The notes under the pieces: model-generated
The model's input: only the letters and a program-made list of their open reading frames with translations
Told to the model about the DNA's origin: nothing
Database searches by the model: none
Program-made: the position numbers and the translations under genes
Assembly (NCBI GenBank): GCA_965649765.1
Contig: OZ287748.1
Coordinates: 101,370,001 to 101,434,000 of the forward strand
DNA from: Bispira polyomma
Taxonomy: Eukaryota
DNA: 64,000 nt
Reading direction: 5' to 3'
Shown here: in pieces, positions 11,465 through 26,400 of the stretch
Position numbering within the stretch: position 1 is the first letter of the stretch
How the letters are laid out: each line of letters opens with the position of its first letter

Positions 11465-14400
11465 CTGTTAAGTACATAGAAACAAAACAAAAACATAGAG
11501 GAACAAAACATGAAATTTTGTACATATTGAATACATTTTTGTGTTTTAATGGGTCAATGTATAGGTGCATGTCTTAGTTATTATAATTACAGACCTATTT
11601 TGCTAGTTTTGTTGCGTGTGTAGGGGGCAGGGGGAGCATTGATAAAACCTGTGCAGTATTAATCAAATGTGACTTTGTCTTTCAAGCTTAGTAGAAAATT
11701 ATAACCAATCCAATAATTTAGACATTCAAGTAGTATGTTAAAATCATAAGGGTAAAAATGACCACCCCATTTCGATCTAAGGCCATTTCGATATATCTGC
11801 TGATTTTTAGTAGTGCTGTATCAGTACAATGGAATTTTCTATAGACTGATGTGGGGTTTAAACATATGGTTGATGGACATATGTTCATTTATTTGGAATG
11901 CAAAAGCTTTCTCAATCAACTTCAAGGCAAAGCTAAGGTGAGATACTAGAAAGATTTTGGAAAGCAGCCTTCTTGATGGGAATAATTTCTTATGTTTGTT
12001 GTTGGAGTAAGTAGAACATTAAGAAAAAATCCCGAGAAGTAGTGCAATGTGATGAAGTTATAGTCTTTAGGACTTCATCTTTTCCGAGGATGTTAAAATT
12101 ATCCAAAGTAGAGGGTTGGTATGGTGGAGCAAGTATGTTCTGAAGATTGGATGGTGTAAAAGCCATGCCAATATTATCAATCTTTATTAGTGAAAACTGT
12201 TGCAATCAGGTAGCACTGGGTCAGTAACTTTATGAAGGATTCTATTTACAGTCTACTATAATTTCTGTATTCTATAAAGAAACTCAGGCACAAACAAGAC
12301 ACAATTTGCATTGGAAACAAACTACGATGTTAACAGCTTTATCAATGGTGTTGTGCTTCAGAAGATGCCTGGCATCAATTAGGCGTGTTAAAATCTATCA
12401 TACAAGATCATCAAGAGAAATAGTGTACCACCTTGCAGATAGAAATAACCTATGCTTGTGACCATTCATTTTAGTGTTGAAATATTGGTGAAGTGATTCT
12501 GTTCTTGTACGCTAGAGGATGATTTGCATCAAAAAGGCACATTAAAAATGCAAATACAATACAATCAAATATGCAGTAAAATTTCATTTTTTTTCAGTTA
12601 AGCAAGAGAATGGAAGACCTTAGAGTTTTATTCTTTTTTGCTAGCAATATGTCTCACTTAAATCTGTAATGTAGAATCATAGTCCATTGACATAACCACA
12701 GTCGTAAGGAAGGTAGCGCCATACCCAGCTCTACCCATAACTCAAGATTAACTCAAGATTTGAACTTAAACCTAAATAACACTTTATCTGGGCTTTCCCT
12801 ACCATACATCATAGAGGTATTAACATATCTTTGTGAGTGTATGTCCTGTTACTGCACACCTTATCCAGGTGTAAATATTCCCACTTTTTTAACCTGATGT
12901 TGAGCTTGAAATTATATTTTGACAATATGGTGGATCATAATTATAAAAATTACACCTGGGTTATGGGTGTGATAAGAGGGCATAAATTCACACAAATACA
13001 TTCATGCCTGCTGGGTGTATGGTGGGGAAGGCCCAGATTAAGTATAATTCCTGGCGTCTGCGCCTTTTAGTGGAATCTGGGTGATTATCCTTACCCATCC
13101 ATTGGAAAATGCTGAACTCCATGTGTTTTACAGAATGGTCCTTCTGTGTAAAGTGTCTTGAGACAGGAGTGGATTTGTTTGGTAAGAAGTTTTGAACACT
13201 TCTGCAGTGTTCATACATTCTTTGCCTGAATGGTCTTTTTGTTTCCCCAATATATTGGAGACCACATTTTGCACAATTAATAATGTATATAACATTATTC
13301 AATTCACATGTGATTTTGTGTCTAGGTGGGAGGTTAACACATTTGAAGACTTTATTACTATTAAAACTGGTAATGTTTTCCAGTTTGTTAATTCTTGGAC
13401 AATAGGTGCACTTACCCAGTCTTGTACAGACTGGGATATGTGTCTGTAATTGCACTGTGTCCTGCTTAGGTGGAAAAAGGATATTGCTTGAAGTGAGCTT
13501 ATCCTTTAAATTAGGTAGTTTTCTGTATCCAATCAGTGGTTTTGAATTGAAGATTTGAGTCAATTCTTGGGTATTCTGGATGGTATTCCAGTTACCATTT
13601 ATAAGTTGGTTGATTTGGGGGTTGAAGGGGTTGACCTGGGTGACCATGACTGGGGTGTCCACTGGTGTCTTAGTGAGCACTGTGTCTAACAAATCATTCT
13701 GTGAAAATTTGCTGCCCTTTTTGTAATGTTTTTTGAGGTAATTGAGTGGATATCCTCTTTTTAGGTAATACCCTGTTAACTTGTAGGCATTGTCCTTAAA
13801 GTCGCTGTCTAGTGTACAGATTCTCCTAAGGCGCAAATACTGACCATATGGTCCCTTTTCAAGGACACTTTTAGGGTGGGCTGAGGTAAACTCCAGATAC
13901 AAATGTGTATCAGTGGGTTTGTTATAGAGAGTTGTGATGAGTTCTCTATTAGCTCCAAATTTGACCGTTGTGTCTAAGAAGTTAATGTGGTCATGGCTAT
14001 ATTCTTGTGTGAATTTAATGGTTTGGTGTAGTGAATTGAGATACTCAAAGAATTGAATGAGCGTTTGTTCACCATGTGTCCAGATCATAAAGATATCATC
14101 AATAAATCTTTTCCATACTAAGGGTTTTAATGAGTAACCATTTAGTGTCTTTGTCTCAAATCTGTCCATAAACATGTTTGAATAGTTGGGTGCTAAAGCT
14201 GTGCCCATAGCTGTCCCTGCTATCTGTAGGAAGTGGTCACCATTGAACTCAAAATTCATACTATGTAAAACCAATTTGAGGAGATCCAGTATGAATTTGG
14301 CTATGGGTGTTTTGGTTGTGTCCTTCCTTAGTTGTTCTGCTACAGCTAGTATTCCTTCCTGATTAGGAATATTGGTATACAGTGATGATACATCAAGAGT

Positions 14401-17400
14401 ACATAGGATTGCTCCTTGTGGGATAGGGCCCAAGTCTTTTATCTTTTTGATAAAGTCCTGAGTGTCTCTGATGTATGATTTAGTGGCTGGTACATATTTT
14501 TTGATATGTTCATCAACCAATTTACTAATTCTACTAGTAGGGTGGTTAACAGAACTACAGATTGGTCTACCAGGAACTCCTTTTTTATGTATTTTTGGGA
14601 GTAAGTAGAATCTACTTTCTGTGCAATTATCTGGGCTCAAGTGTTCTAAATTTTTGGCTGATATGAGGCCTTTTTGTCTCATCTGAATCAGGGTGTCTTT
14701 GACCTTTTGGCTAATGTCATTCGTGGTGTCATGGTCAAGTTGGGTGTAGAAGTTAGTATCACCTAATTGTCTATAACCCTCTCTGAGATAGTCAGTTGTG
14801 TTCATTACTACAACTGCTGAGCCTTTGTCCGCCTTTTTAATAACATATTTGGGTTATTACTAAGTTCTCTAAGGCCAGTCATTTGACCTTTAGTTAGGTT
14901 GGGGTTCTTTCTGCCTTTGATTTTACTTTTCAGTAATCCCAATTTAAAAGCTCTGTGGAAAACCTCTAGTGACTGATGTGTTCTAGGTGGTTTCCAACTA
15001 CTTTTATCTATGAATTTTTTGTGAATTTCCTTGTAGGGGTTTTCAGCTTCATCAAGGTTATTAGCCAAGAAGTCCACTAAGTCCATTTCACTTTGGTCTA
15101 AGTTACTGAGGAGGTCGTTATCTTGATAGAAATGGTATTTGAGGCAAAGTCTTCTGTGGAAGTCTTTGAAATCCAACCAAATTTGTGACTTATTAGGTTG
15201 GCCTGGGGTTGGGCAGAAGGTTAAACCTTTTTGTAATGCAGAGACTTGGTCACCACTCAGGGTCACATCTGATAGGTTTATAACAGTGTGTCCAATGAGG
15301 GTGTCCATAGTTTTGTCTTTGGGAAGAATCCCTGGAGGAGCAATTTTGGCTTCCTCCTTAATTCTAGTAAGGATGTCTTGATAGTTATTCCTTTCCATCA
15401 TTGACAATGTGGATATGGAATTGGATACTGAGGTCCAAAAGGGGCTACCGGTTGGCTCCCCTTTGTTGTCAAGGTGAGTATAATAACAATATACAAATTT
15501 AAATAAATTGTATTTTATTTATATACAAATCTTACATTAGAGTTGTATGTGTGATAAGGCAAAATAAATTTATTTATTTTTAATTAGTTTGCTGAGTCCA
15601 TTCAATAGGGACTGAATTTGTCTATCATTATTTTGGACATTTTTGCCCCTTTTCTGGTAGGGTGCAGGTTGTCTCCTGGGTTTCTTTGTTGGTGGGCCAG
15701 GGCGCCTTTCTGGTTTTCTCTGCTTGAGTACTTTGGTGGAGGCAGCTGTTTTGTACCTCTCATTCAGGGTGTCCTTGACTTCTTTGAATTGGGTGGGGTC
15801 AAGGATTGTCTCTAGTTGTGCCAGGACTGTTTGGATCTCGGATTTGGTTTCACAATATTTTCTGTTTAAGTCCTCAGAAAGTTGGTGTGTCAATTCTCTT
15901 CTGCATCGATTGACACACTCAACCCACTTTGTTTTGAAGACTTCATCAGTTGACACAGGTGGTGTGCATCTGAAAGCTGTCTGTGCAGGAAACTTTCCAA
16001 TCTTAAGGTTGTCCTTGATGAAGTGTATGTTAGTGGCAATACTTAACTTCTTTCTGTAAAAGTTTTTCCCTTTCAGATACAGAGGTTTTGCTTCAGGTGG
16101 GTACTTCTCTCTACTGAGGCTGGTTCGCTCAGATGAGGGTGACTCCATTGTCTTCCTCTTTTTATTTTTTGGTTTCTGGTTAGGTTCATTAAGTTTTTTT
16201 GAAACTTCTTCCAGCAGAGATATGGTCTCACTGCTCAGTTTGGTGACTGGAATTGGGGTGTCAGTAGCTGGAGTATTGAAAGCTGTGTGACTGTCCACTT
16301 CTAGGTGGTTGATAGCAGTGCTAAGGGCAGTATCACTCTCACTCATTTTGACCCAGTAAAATTAAGAAAGATATGATGTGTGTGAGAGAGAGGTGTATTT
16401 GTCTTCTCAGGGATATTGTTGGAGAAGACAAATACACCTCTCTCTCACACACATCATAGCTTTCTTAATATGGTGGATCACTATGAAATATTACACTGAC
16501 CTGCTCTTTAGTGTCCTCTTTATCCAGGTCATCATAAGGCACACCACACCAGTACTTCTCCTGCTGGTCCTCACTACAACACCAGCCAAACCTCTCCGCA
16601 AGGTTGATCACAGTCATAGGGTCTAAATCTTTAGGGTCCTGTCTACCTGTTTGGATGCATTTGAATTTAAATTTGCTTGTTAGAGGTATGGCAGTTACTG
16701 GTGATGGTTATGTGTACAGGTACTGTGTACAGTCCATAAAAGGGTCTCTTCAGGATTTTGTCTACATAGTTGTAGGGAACACATAACATCAGGAGCTAGA
16801 TTCACAAAATGTGTTAAATCTAAGACTAACATTGTGCTTATACCAGGCTTTAACTTTTGTCTTAGCTAAGGTTTGTCATAATTTTACCCTTTATAAAAAG
16901 ATTACTGGGCCTGTCATGTTTGATGTGTTTAGTCTGACAAGGACAAATATATAACTGTTTGAGGTTTAATGAAATAAGAGGCAAAAAAAAAACAATAATA
17001 ATCTCACAAAAATATGGTTATCAGTTATGAACTATAGACAAAATATAAGAAAGACTATACTGATACAGATCAAGACAAGTGTAGTCCTAAAGTGGTGATA
17101 TGGATGTGGATCAGGATACTGATGTGTTAGTACATTAACATTAGCATCAGCATATATTTTCATTTAAAAAGTATACATGAGGCCATTCTGAAAAACCAGG
17201 AGACGTCTCTAGTATGTATTTTAGTGACTTCTCTAACAATTTATCCAGAATTTCCTTTACTTGACAGCAATACTTGCAAAAACTTGCATAAAAGTTGAGT
17301 TCAAAACCTATTTCAAGCATATTTAAGAATTATACTCAATCTGTTTTTAGAAATACACAAATGAAACAATACAATTAACATGTGCAATACAATTAAAATG

Positions 17401-20400
17401 TTAAATTTTGTACCAAAACATGTAAAAAGAAAAACCGTACTTCATGATAAAATATAATCATTTTACTGTAAATAAGTCAAATTAAGTTCACATAATATTT
17501 GTTCTAAGCAAGTATAGATATTTACTAAGATATTTACCAAGATGTTATGGAGCATTTTTGTAAATTCTGACATACCAAATACAATGCAACTGACATGCAA
17601 AGATACATAAATATATGCTAATTAAAAAACTTGTAAAAATGTAAAATAGCATCAGAGATGTCAAAATCCAACTGCCGTCGATTCTAGGACAATACTTGAA
17701 GGTCAACTGGCAAAATTATGTTAGACCATGACATTGCACACCTATACCCCCAATGAATATTTGTAACAAATGTGAACTTCCTAAGCTTTATGCTTTTTAT
17801 ATAGGATAAAATTAACAAATAAAGTGAAATTTATTTGTGAATCCGGTTTTATGTTCTTCTCAAATCTGAGATCTCAACATCTTTCTTGAAAAAGAGAAAA
17901 TATGTACATGTAAGTTTAGTGATGAAAGCTCCATTAAATAAATGGTTACAAGTACTGGTTATTTCCATTATATAATGACTTCGAAGTAAACCTTTTTTAA
18001 GTTCAACCTGAGTTTTGAGAATATAGAGCCTGGTCATTGTGGCTGTGTTGAGATCTTAGTACCTGTGATGAAGGACACAATCACAGCTGTAAAGATAGTG
18101 GTCGCCCATCCTATGAGACCTATGTAGATGAAGGAGACTCTATAGAGCCAGAAAACGTCAGTGCTGAAATTACACAACACATTCAGGGTAATCATAAGTC
18201 ACAGGCCTGTAAACATTAACTTGCAATATTAGGCATACTAGAATCCTAAATGTTTTGCTTTTGTCAAAATATAGCAGACCTGCTCATACACTTAGATGAC
18301 TTGGTCTGTGTGTATAATAAAGACCTGCTCATATACTTAGATGACTTGGTCTGTGTGTATTTTTTTTTTTTGAATTGGAATATTTAACATCCACTCTGTA
18401 TGCAATACCACTTGGCTTGAAACTTTTGACGTTCTTGACATAAACTCACATATAGGTTTGAATTAAGATATTTAACGTCCACTCTAGTACCTGTTTAGGT
18501 TATAGTGGGACGGGTAGTTGGAAATGCTGGAGGAAACACTGCATACAGTTGATCAAGGTTCTGCACTGAAACCAGCGGCCCACGGTAAGGAACTACCACC
18601 TTTCCCACATAGACATCGACAGGATTCAAACTCACGCCGCCCAGAGGTGAGAGACCAGTGATTGTAAAGCGCAATGCTTGCTAACCACTGGGCCACCTCG
18701 ACCCCTCTATGTGTATTTTAAATACCTACTCATATATTTGGTCTGGGTGTATGATAAAGACCTGCTTATATACTTAGATGACTTGGTCTGTGTGTATGAT
18801 AAAGACCTGCCTTTATACTTACATGCCTTGATCTGTGTGTCTGTCAAAGAACTGATCATATACTGAGATGACTTGATCTGTGTGCATGTTAATGACTTAC
18901 TTATATACTTCGATGACTTGATCTGTGTGCATGTTCAAGACCTTCACATATACTTAGATGCCTTGGTCTGTGTATAATAAAGACCTTCTTATATACTTAT
19001 ATAACTTGGTCTGTGTGTATATGTAAGACCGGCTCATAAATTAAGATCACCTGGTATGTGTATGTATAGACTTACCGATCATCCTCTATTTCCAGGGCTG
19101 TGTCATTGCCAGTAAAGGTACAGTTGTCCACATTAGTCTCTAGGTATGATGTGTGGGGGAAGTAGATGAACTGACCTATATTCATCCAGCTCATGATGGC
19201 AAGGCCAGCCAATACACCAGTCATAGCACCCTGTGTAAACAATGATTGTCTATTATCTTCCTCTCTACTGAACTCCCCCCTGTCTATGGGTATTGATTTT
19301 TTCTAGTCATTTTTTATAATATTACAGAATATTCAACTGTAGTTTTAATTATATTCCACTGTAGTTTTTAACTATATTTCCTGATCAAGTATGAAAAAAC
19401 TTTAAAGAAGGTGTTCAGTACAATGTTAATCGACTCTTCTAAATTTCTGTCTATGATATTGTTAATATAATCATACTTTTTTCATATAAGGCTGGTTGTA
19501 AAACTTTTCAATTAAAATATGTGGTTACACCAATAGTATACTAATTATAAACAACCTCCTTTAAAAGTTAAGAACAAAGAAAATGTTCAGTTCTGTTACA
19601 TGTGTAAGTCCAAATTTGAAGAGAATTTGAATTTGGATATTTAACGTCCACTGTAGTACCTTTTAGTAGGTTATATTGGGACGGGTAGTTGGAAACGCTG
19701 GAGGAAACACTGCATACAGTCGGTCAAGGTTCTGCACTGAAACCACCAGTCCACAGTAAGGAACTACCACCTTTCCCACATAGGCATCGACGGGGTTCGA
19801 ACTCACGCCACCCAGAGGTGAGAGACCAGTGATTGTGAAGCGCAATGCTTGCTAACCACTAGGCCACCGCGGCCCCTCCAAATTTGAAGTCCAACTGTAA
19901 GAGGCACACATAAATTGTCAAAATCACATATATTAGTATATTAACTTTGAGAATTTTGTTGCAACAGTAAAAGCCAAAGAAAGTGTTAAGGTTGTGTTAC
20001 ATGTCCAGATACCAAGTAAAAGTGTAAAAAGTCAACTTTAACTTAAACTGCTACAATGTCAAGATTAAGATGTGTGTGTAACCTCCTTAGGTCCTATTTT
20101 AACAAGAAAGGCCAAACGTGGTGAATTTGTGTTACAAGTGTTATAAGTCAATTAACATTGTACTGAATACCTTAAAAAGTCCTCAACTTTATTGTTCATA
20201 GACAGATAGATCAATATACAAAAGGATAATGCCTCTCCTTGAATAAATTCAGGCTTGTGGCTAAACAATAAGGGAATAAACAGATGTAAGGGCTGATACC
20301 TTCCATTGGACACAAGGAAACAAAGCACCCACCATGACCAACCCAGATAGTGGCCCAGATATTCCTCCCAGTAAGGATTGGCCAATCTGTAGATTGTGAC

Positions 20401-23400
20401 ACAACAAATATATGGTTTATATGTATAATTTTACAAATGAGAGGCAATATATAGATAAAGACACAACAAAGACATGGTTCTATATGTTTAAGTTTATAAT
20501 TCAGAGGCCCTACGTAGATAAAGGCACGGCAAAGATATGGTTCTATGTGTATAGGTTTACAAGTCAGAGGCAATATGCAGATAAAGACATATTCTACAAT
20601 AGGAGGCTGTGCAACATCTGTAAACATATCTTTTGCTTACTGTAATAACTGGGTATAAAAACATAAAGTATGGCTGTTCCATATTTGTGCCATAGACCCT
20701 GCCCATATTTATACCTTAATATTTCAGCCTTTTCAACGGATTATGATGCAACAAAAAGCACAAAATAATATAAAATAAATAATCTTTCTCACCGTACTTT
20801 TATGAAATCTTTACCTCCAGTAAATTCTAATCTTTTAATAAATAAACAGCATTTTTTTTTTGGAGGGGGGAGGTGGGGGGGGGGGGAGCTGCGTGTTTTT
20901 ATGGCTTTTGTTTTGCAAACTCAGTTATCATGTATGTATATAAAATGGAAGAGCCAACACATGAACCATCATCATAGTTGTAACACATCTTAAGTAATCA
21001 TTGTGTCATTTTAATGAAAATTAATGTTTTAGCAATTTTAAAATAGGAATAAAATACTTTACCTCATATTTTATACGATCGATGGTGTGGGATTAATGCA
21101 TGACGCCCAAAGTGCTTGTAAAACACTCATTTACATTTTTATTATGAAAGAAATGGATTATAAGTAAATATTTACAAGTGAGAGGTAATACATGGTTTTA
21201 AATTTATATGTTATACCTTAATCTGATTTGCATTTCAATAAAGCTAACACAAATTAGTAAAAAAGTATAAGTATTATTTACCTGCATGACATGTCCTTTA
21301 AAATTTTGCATCATGAACCCAATAGCGACTCCAAGAGCTCCATATACAAAAGCTACACACAGACAAAAAACATGTTTTAGACGACACTTTAACTGAAATA
21401 CTTCTGGAAAAAATACTTTGGAATCAAAGAATAGCGAAATTAGATATTTATTGCATAAATGTATGCTTTTTTAGACATATAAATGGTGTTAAGTGAAGAA
21501 ATACTGAAATATGAAGATTCAATTTACCAACAGGATTAACTATGCAAAATCTCACACTTTCCCAGTTTGAGTCACATATTTCCATATACAAACCCACCTA
21601 AAACCTTTGTAATTAGAGTCTTCTTCTTTTCATCTAAGCCCTTCACACGACTTTCAATAAAACTCTTCCAAGTTATGGCAGCCAGTGAGTTCATGGAAGA
21701 GGATATAGAGCTGTAAATGCACAAGTGATTGTATGGATAGACTATTGCAATGTTTGCAAAGACATTTGATAGTTTAGTTGAATGTTTAGTTTAGATTTAT
21801 TGTCATATTCTACTGTACAGTACATTATTACATACAGTTTATTGATGTATGACAGCAAAAGAGGGTAGTTTGTCAACGATTTGAAGTGTAAATCCCCTGT
21901 CTTGAGCAATTCTATTGTCAACTTTCCTACATATGTATATATACAAGAATTAACCTAAGTCTGCAGAAGTGGTGGGGTAATTAATAATTGTCTGATAAAT
22001 CATATTCTAATCAGGGAATTAGTGGTTACACATATAATTGCAGGCCATTAAACTTTAGGAACTAGTCAATCAAACAAGCCCATAAATGTAACTGCTAAAA
22101 ATTATTTGTACAAAACACTACTTTCACAAATGGTACGTCTTTATGAAAGCCTGTTTTGTAAATAATCTCTTGGCCGCAGTTTGCTTTACTTTCATCCTTT
22201 AATATTTAGTACAGAATACCATTGAATATTGAATTCTTTAGAAATCTTTGCAGGCACAAAATCTTCTTTACAAGAGGAATGCAGTAGACTAAAACAAAAA
22301 ATCATTTGACGAAAATTGAGGGATCCATTTCTCTACAATTATTTGCATGTTATCATTCCCAAATCCATCTCGTCCCTTAATGAGATGAAAGGTACTGATG
22401 CTGGGTGATTATACTTCATACTTTGAATGTCAGATATAGGTAAAATAATTTGCCAACATAGATTTCAAAACAACTTTCCAACAATATCTCACCTTAATAA
22501 GTTTGTATTTTATACAATTTATGTTAATAGATTCACATCTATATTCAATGTTAATATTCATCTGAATTAATTTTAATATACTTTGGCCCAACTGAATATG
22601 TTTTTACTTTTACTATAATATTCATAGCTGTATAATATTCATAGCTGGTATGCCAATGAGGTTACCTTAGAGCTCCACTGAACAAAACAGCTACAAATAT
22701 TCCTGGAAGGCCAGGGTAGTTAACAACATCAACAAGAAAGTAAGGAACGATCTGGTGAGTAGATAAACAGGAATATGTAAATATAGGTATCTCTCTAATG
22801 GCATCTTGTAACAAATACAGGACCCATGAAAACCAACATATAAACTACTGTTAATGATATTACACACAATAACTTTTATTTACTTATATAAAACTTCTTA
22901 CAATATTAATCTTTGCTAGGCTCAACATTTAGGACATATGAGTGTGTTTTGCTATTGTTTGTCACATGGCATAGTAATAGGGCCACAGCAGCCATTTTGG
23001 AGTCAATATCTTTGGTCAAGATGTGGACACACACAAATGCCTTTTGATGACAATTAATGCTATGTTTTAGGACTGTGATCTGTCCACTTATGAATAGACA
23101 TCATTGAGCACATTGATAAATTGTCATCCTCAAGGCCCAGCAGCTTAACTGTTTAACAATGTCCCAATTGTTTAAATTATTTTCATATTTTTGCATTTGC
23201 AAGTGATTTTAATGAATTATACAGATAGAAAAATTGTCTTCGTATTTCTCAAAAATGTGTTTACTACTATGCTGTCAAACCATATTCCTCATTGTAGAAC
23301 AATTTCCTACATAATGCATTGTTATTAATTTGGTTATTTATTGATATTTTAAATAATTATAATTGTTACCTGATTAGTGCTGGTGATCTGTCTACTTCTG

Positions 23401-26400
23401 TATGGATCGCAGGCTAAGAGTTCATAGTAAGCAAAAGCAGTTAAACCACACAAACAGATCAAGAGAAACACCAGTATCAACAATGGTCCCTGTAAGTAGA
23501 ATGCTCTGAAAGTAGATATTATGGAGGTTATTGATTATCTGCGCAGTTTAAAGCTAAAATCATCTAATCTTGTGTGATTCTCAGGTATGCTTTCTAGTTG
23601 TTATTTACAAATGTCACAAATCACCATATGAATTTTAATCACTCTGATTCCAATAATGGGAGACAAAAATCTTATCGACACAATATAACTGATAAATAAA
23701 TGAAAAACACGAAAGTCTTTATGATGTGATTTTTCACACGTCTAATTGATGCCAGGCATCTTCTAAAGCGTAACAACATTGTCAATATGGCTAAAATTAT
23801 AGACCTTCATAACTCAAAGTCATGATTGTAGAGGCAGCGTGTAGGAGGAAATTTTTTATTAAGGGTAAGCATGCTGAAAGAGATTGATTTTAGGACGGTT
23901 TCTAAAACCAGCAAGAGTACACTGAGATGTGATATTTGCTAGTAGATTGTTCCACTTCATAACAATTAATCAACAGAAAACTCAGTGCTTTATCTCTGTA
24001 CCAGGAGAATTTAAGGTGCATCATCAGAATCATATTCCAACATTCTAAACCAGAAACAAGGTCAACACCAAGAAGTCCTGCAGCCAACATCTTTTTGGTC
24101 TTTAAAACTTGTAAGGGTAAAATCTGTACGTAAATTGTAGAGAAAGTTATTTCTGGGTGCATCATATGAAAAACTACGGTCAAAATGACCCTTGGAATTA
24201 TGCATAGAAGGTACACAATATGGAACATCTGAATTTACCTCTGTAAAAACACACATAAGATCCGACAATCATCATACATTATATGAAATTAAGTGGATGA
24301 CCTGATGTCTTAGTAGAGCTCTTTTCAAAGTATTAGGCCAGGTTAGATCACATCATACCCTCACATATTATAATATCTGTGTTTTGAACATAGCAATATG
24401 CACTAGGCTCTTGATATGATTGGCATGATATCTTACTATCTGACCTCTTGTATCCTTGATATTATCCAACACTAAGCCCTATCCACATGCATGCTTGACA
24501 TTATACAATACTTCCATCATCTTGTGATGTACTAGACCATGCACTCACCAACTATCCTTATATTTTTGACATTACACCATACCATGTACTCGTAGCCTGA
24601 TGTCCTTGACAATATACCAGGCTATGCATTCATATCCATACTTCCTTTTAATCACACCATGCTATGCACTCATATTCTGATGTACTTGACATTACACCAG
24701 ACTATGCACTTGCACATTTTATCTGGATATGCACTCACCTCTTGGCATCCTTAATAGTTGGTAGCGAGCAGTATCTCTGGACATGGGACTGTTCGTAGCC
24801 ACTCTGGGTGATGGCCGTCAGCCCAGACCCAAACACTACACCCCAGAATGTCATTCGGATGGTGGGGTCTGGGTTCATACTATGTGAAAGACAAAGATAA
24901 AGTTTTACGTAAACCTTATTAGAGTGTGCAGCTTAATGATAGTCTTGCATTTTTAGAGTTGTTAAAGCACAAAGTTGTGTGCTACTTCCCAAAATATCAG
25001 TATACCTCTCATTTAAAAAAGTTCTCATTGGAGCTTTCAATAAGAAAATTTATTTAGAATACATAAAACATTATCTGTGTCAGATGTTATTTTTGTTGTT
25101 ATGTTAGTGATAACAGTAAATCATTTGAATACAGAATTTAGATGCATGATTTGTGTTTGACAATCAGACAGGAATGATAGGTTGAACCTACTTGAAGAAG
25201 TCAATTCTTCCTGCTTCATCACTGACTTCCCACACGGTAGAAAGCCCTCCAACCTCAATACAACCCTGTCACAATAAAAAACCATTAGGCCACAGGCCAG
25301 ATAGGCCCCAGGCGCACCCCCCCCCTCCCCCACAACGCTATAAAATTGGTATCATTGGAAAGCTTAGGCTGTGTAGACAACAAAAACAACTGGTAACAGA
25401 AAAAATACTGGGACTCACTATAATGAATGGACACTTCAATTGACCATCCCCTGCGGAGTAAAAATCTTGAAATCCAGTAATTTTTCTCACAACAAAAATC
25501 CTCACAAAATCATCATTTTTAAGCAAATGAGGCATATTATACACCAAATAAAATAGATTTGCATGTAGAATCAACAGCTTTTTAAAATATTTGTATAGCT
25601 GTTTTTATTGAAAAGATACATTTGATCAAACACGCTACCCTTAGAAAATTGCTTAAATAATAAGAAATGAAAAAGTTTGAAAACTTTAGATATATACATT
25701 AGCATAAAACTTTCTCTATAATAGGCACAAATGCTTTTTTTCTGAAAGTGTAATATCTCAGTATTTCTAAGTGCAAATTTTATTCAAATATAATACATAC
25801 TTTCAATGATATTGGTCAAGCTAGGAGTGACAGTCAGACAGATAAACAGGTGCTACCATTTCTAAGCAAGATTGTGATATCACAATACATATATGATCAC
25901 ATCACTGATGATGTCATTTGTTAGATATGATGTATTTTGTTCTCATTCTTATGCTGCTTTTGTTGTTCCTAAACATTTATAGTGTTCCTGAACATTTACT
26001 TAGTGTCGTGAACTTACATGATGTATTGACATATAGATTGGTAGGTAGAATTTTTTATATTTTCTCATGTAACTATTTAAACACTCATAATGATTATGTG
26101 GAAAGTTGTATTAATGAAAATATGCATTAATTACAATGCAAAGGTTGTTAATACATTTCTATATCATAGAGATAAGATATTATGAAAACCCTCTTGATTC
26201 CCGGTAGCCTGATTACACTTATATATTCAAATTCTGACCATTATTTTAGCTTGTCTAATATATTGTAAATGGAAACAAATTCATTCGAATGAAAATTGAT
26301 TAATCTTTAAATATTTCTCAAAAGATTTGTGTACTTACTTCAGTATTGGAGATAATTAGACCAAAATTTCATGTCCCTATGTTAAAATAGAATTTACAAA

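Larger units (their letters stand above)
12938..16466 (-). mobile_element. Penelope-like element (Neptune-type) in SLC5 intron 14
   Basis: RT + Cys linker (CTRLGKCTYC) + GIY-YIG endonuclease; 14-bp TSD aatatggtggatca at 12924-12937 and 16467-16480. Confidence 0.92.

Noticed and set aside
12894-12912. Hammerhead ribozyme core (ctgatgt...gaaa)
   Set aside because: Imperfect core, opposite strand to the PLE and outside the TSD.
14805-14850. Selenocysteine or other recoding in the PLE ORF (as in Naiad elements)
   Set aside because: The break is a 1-nt deletion in the conserved IVIKKADKG motif, not an in-frame UGA.
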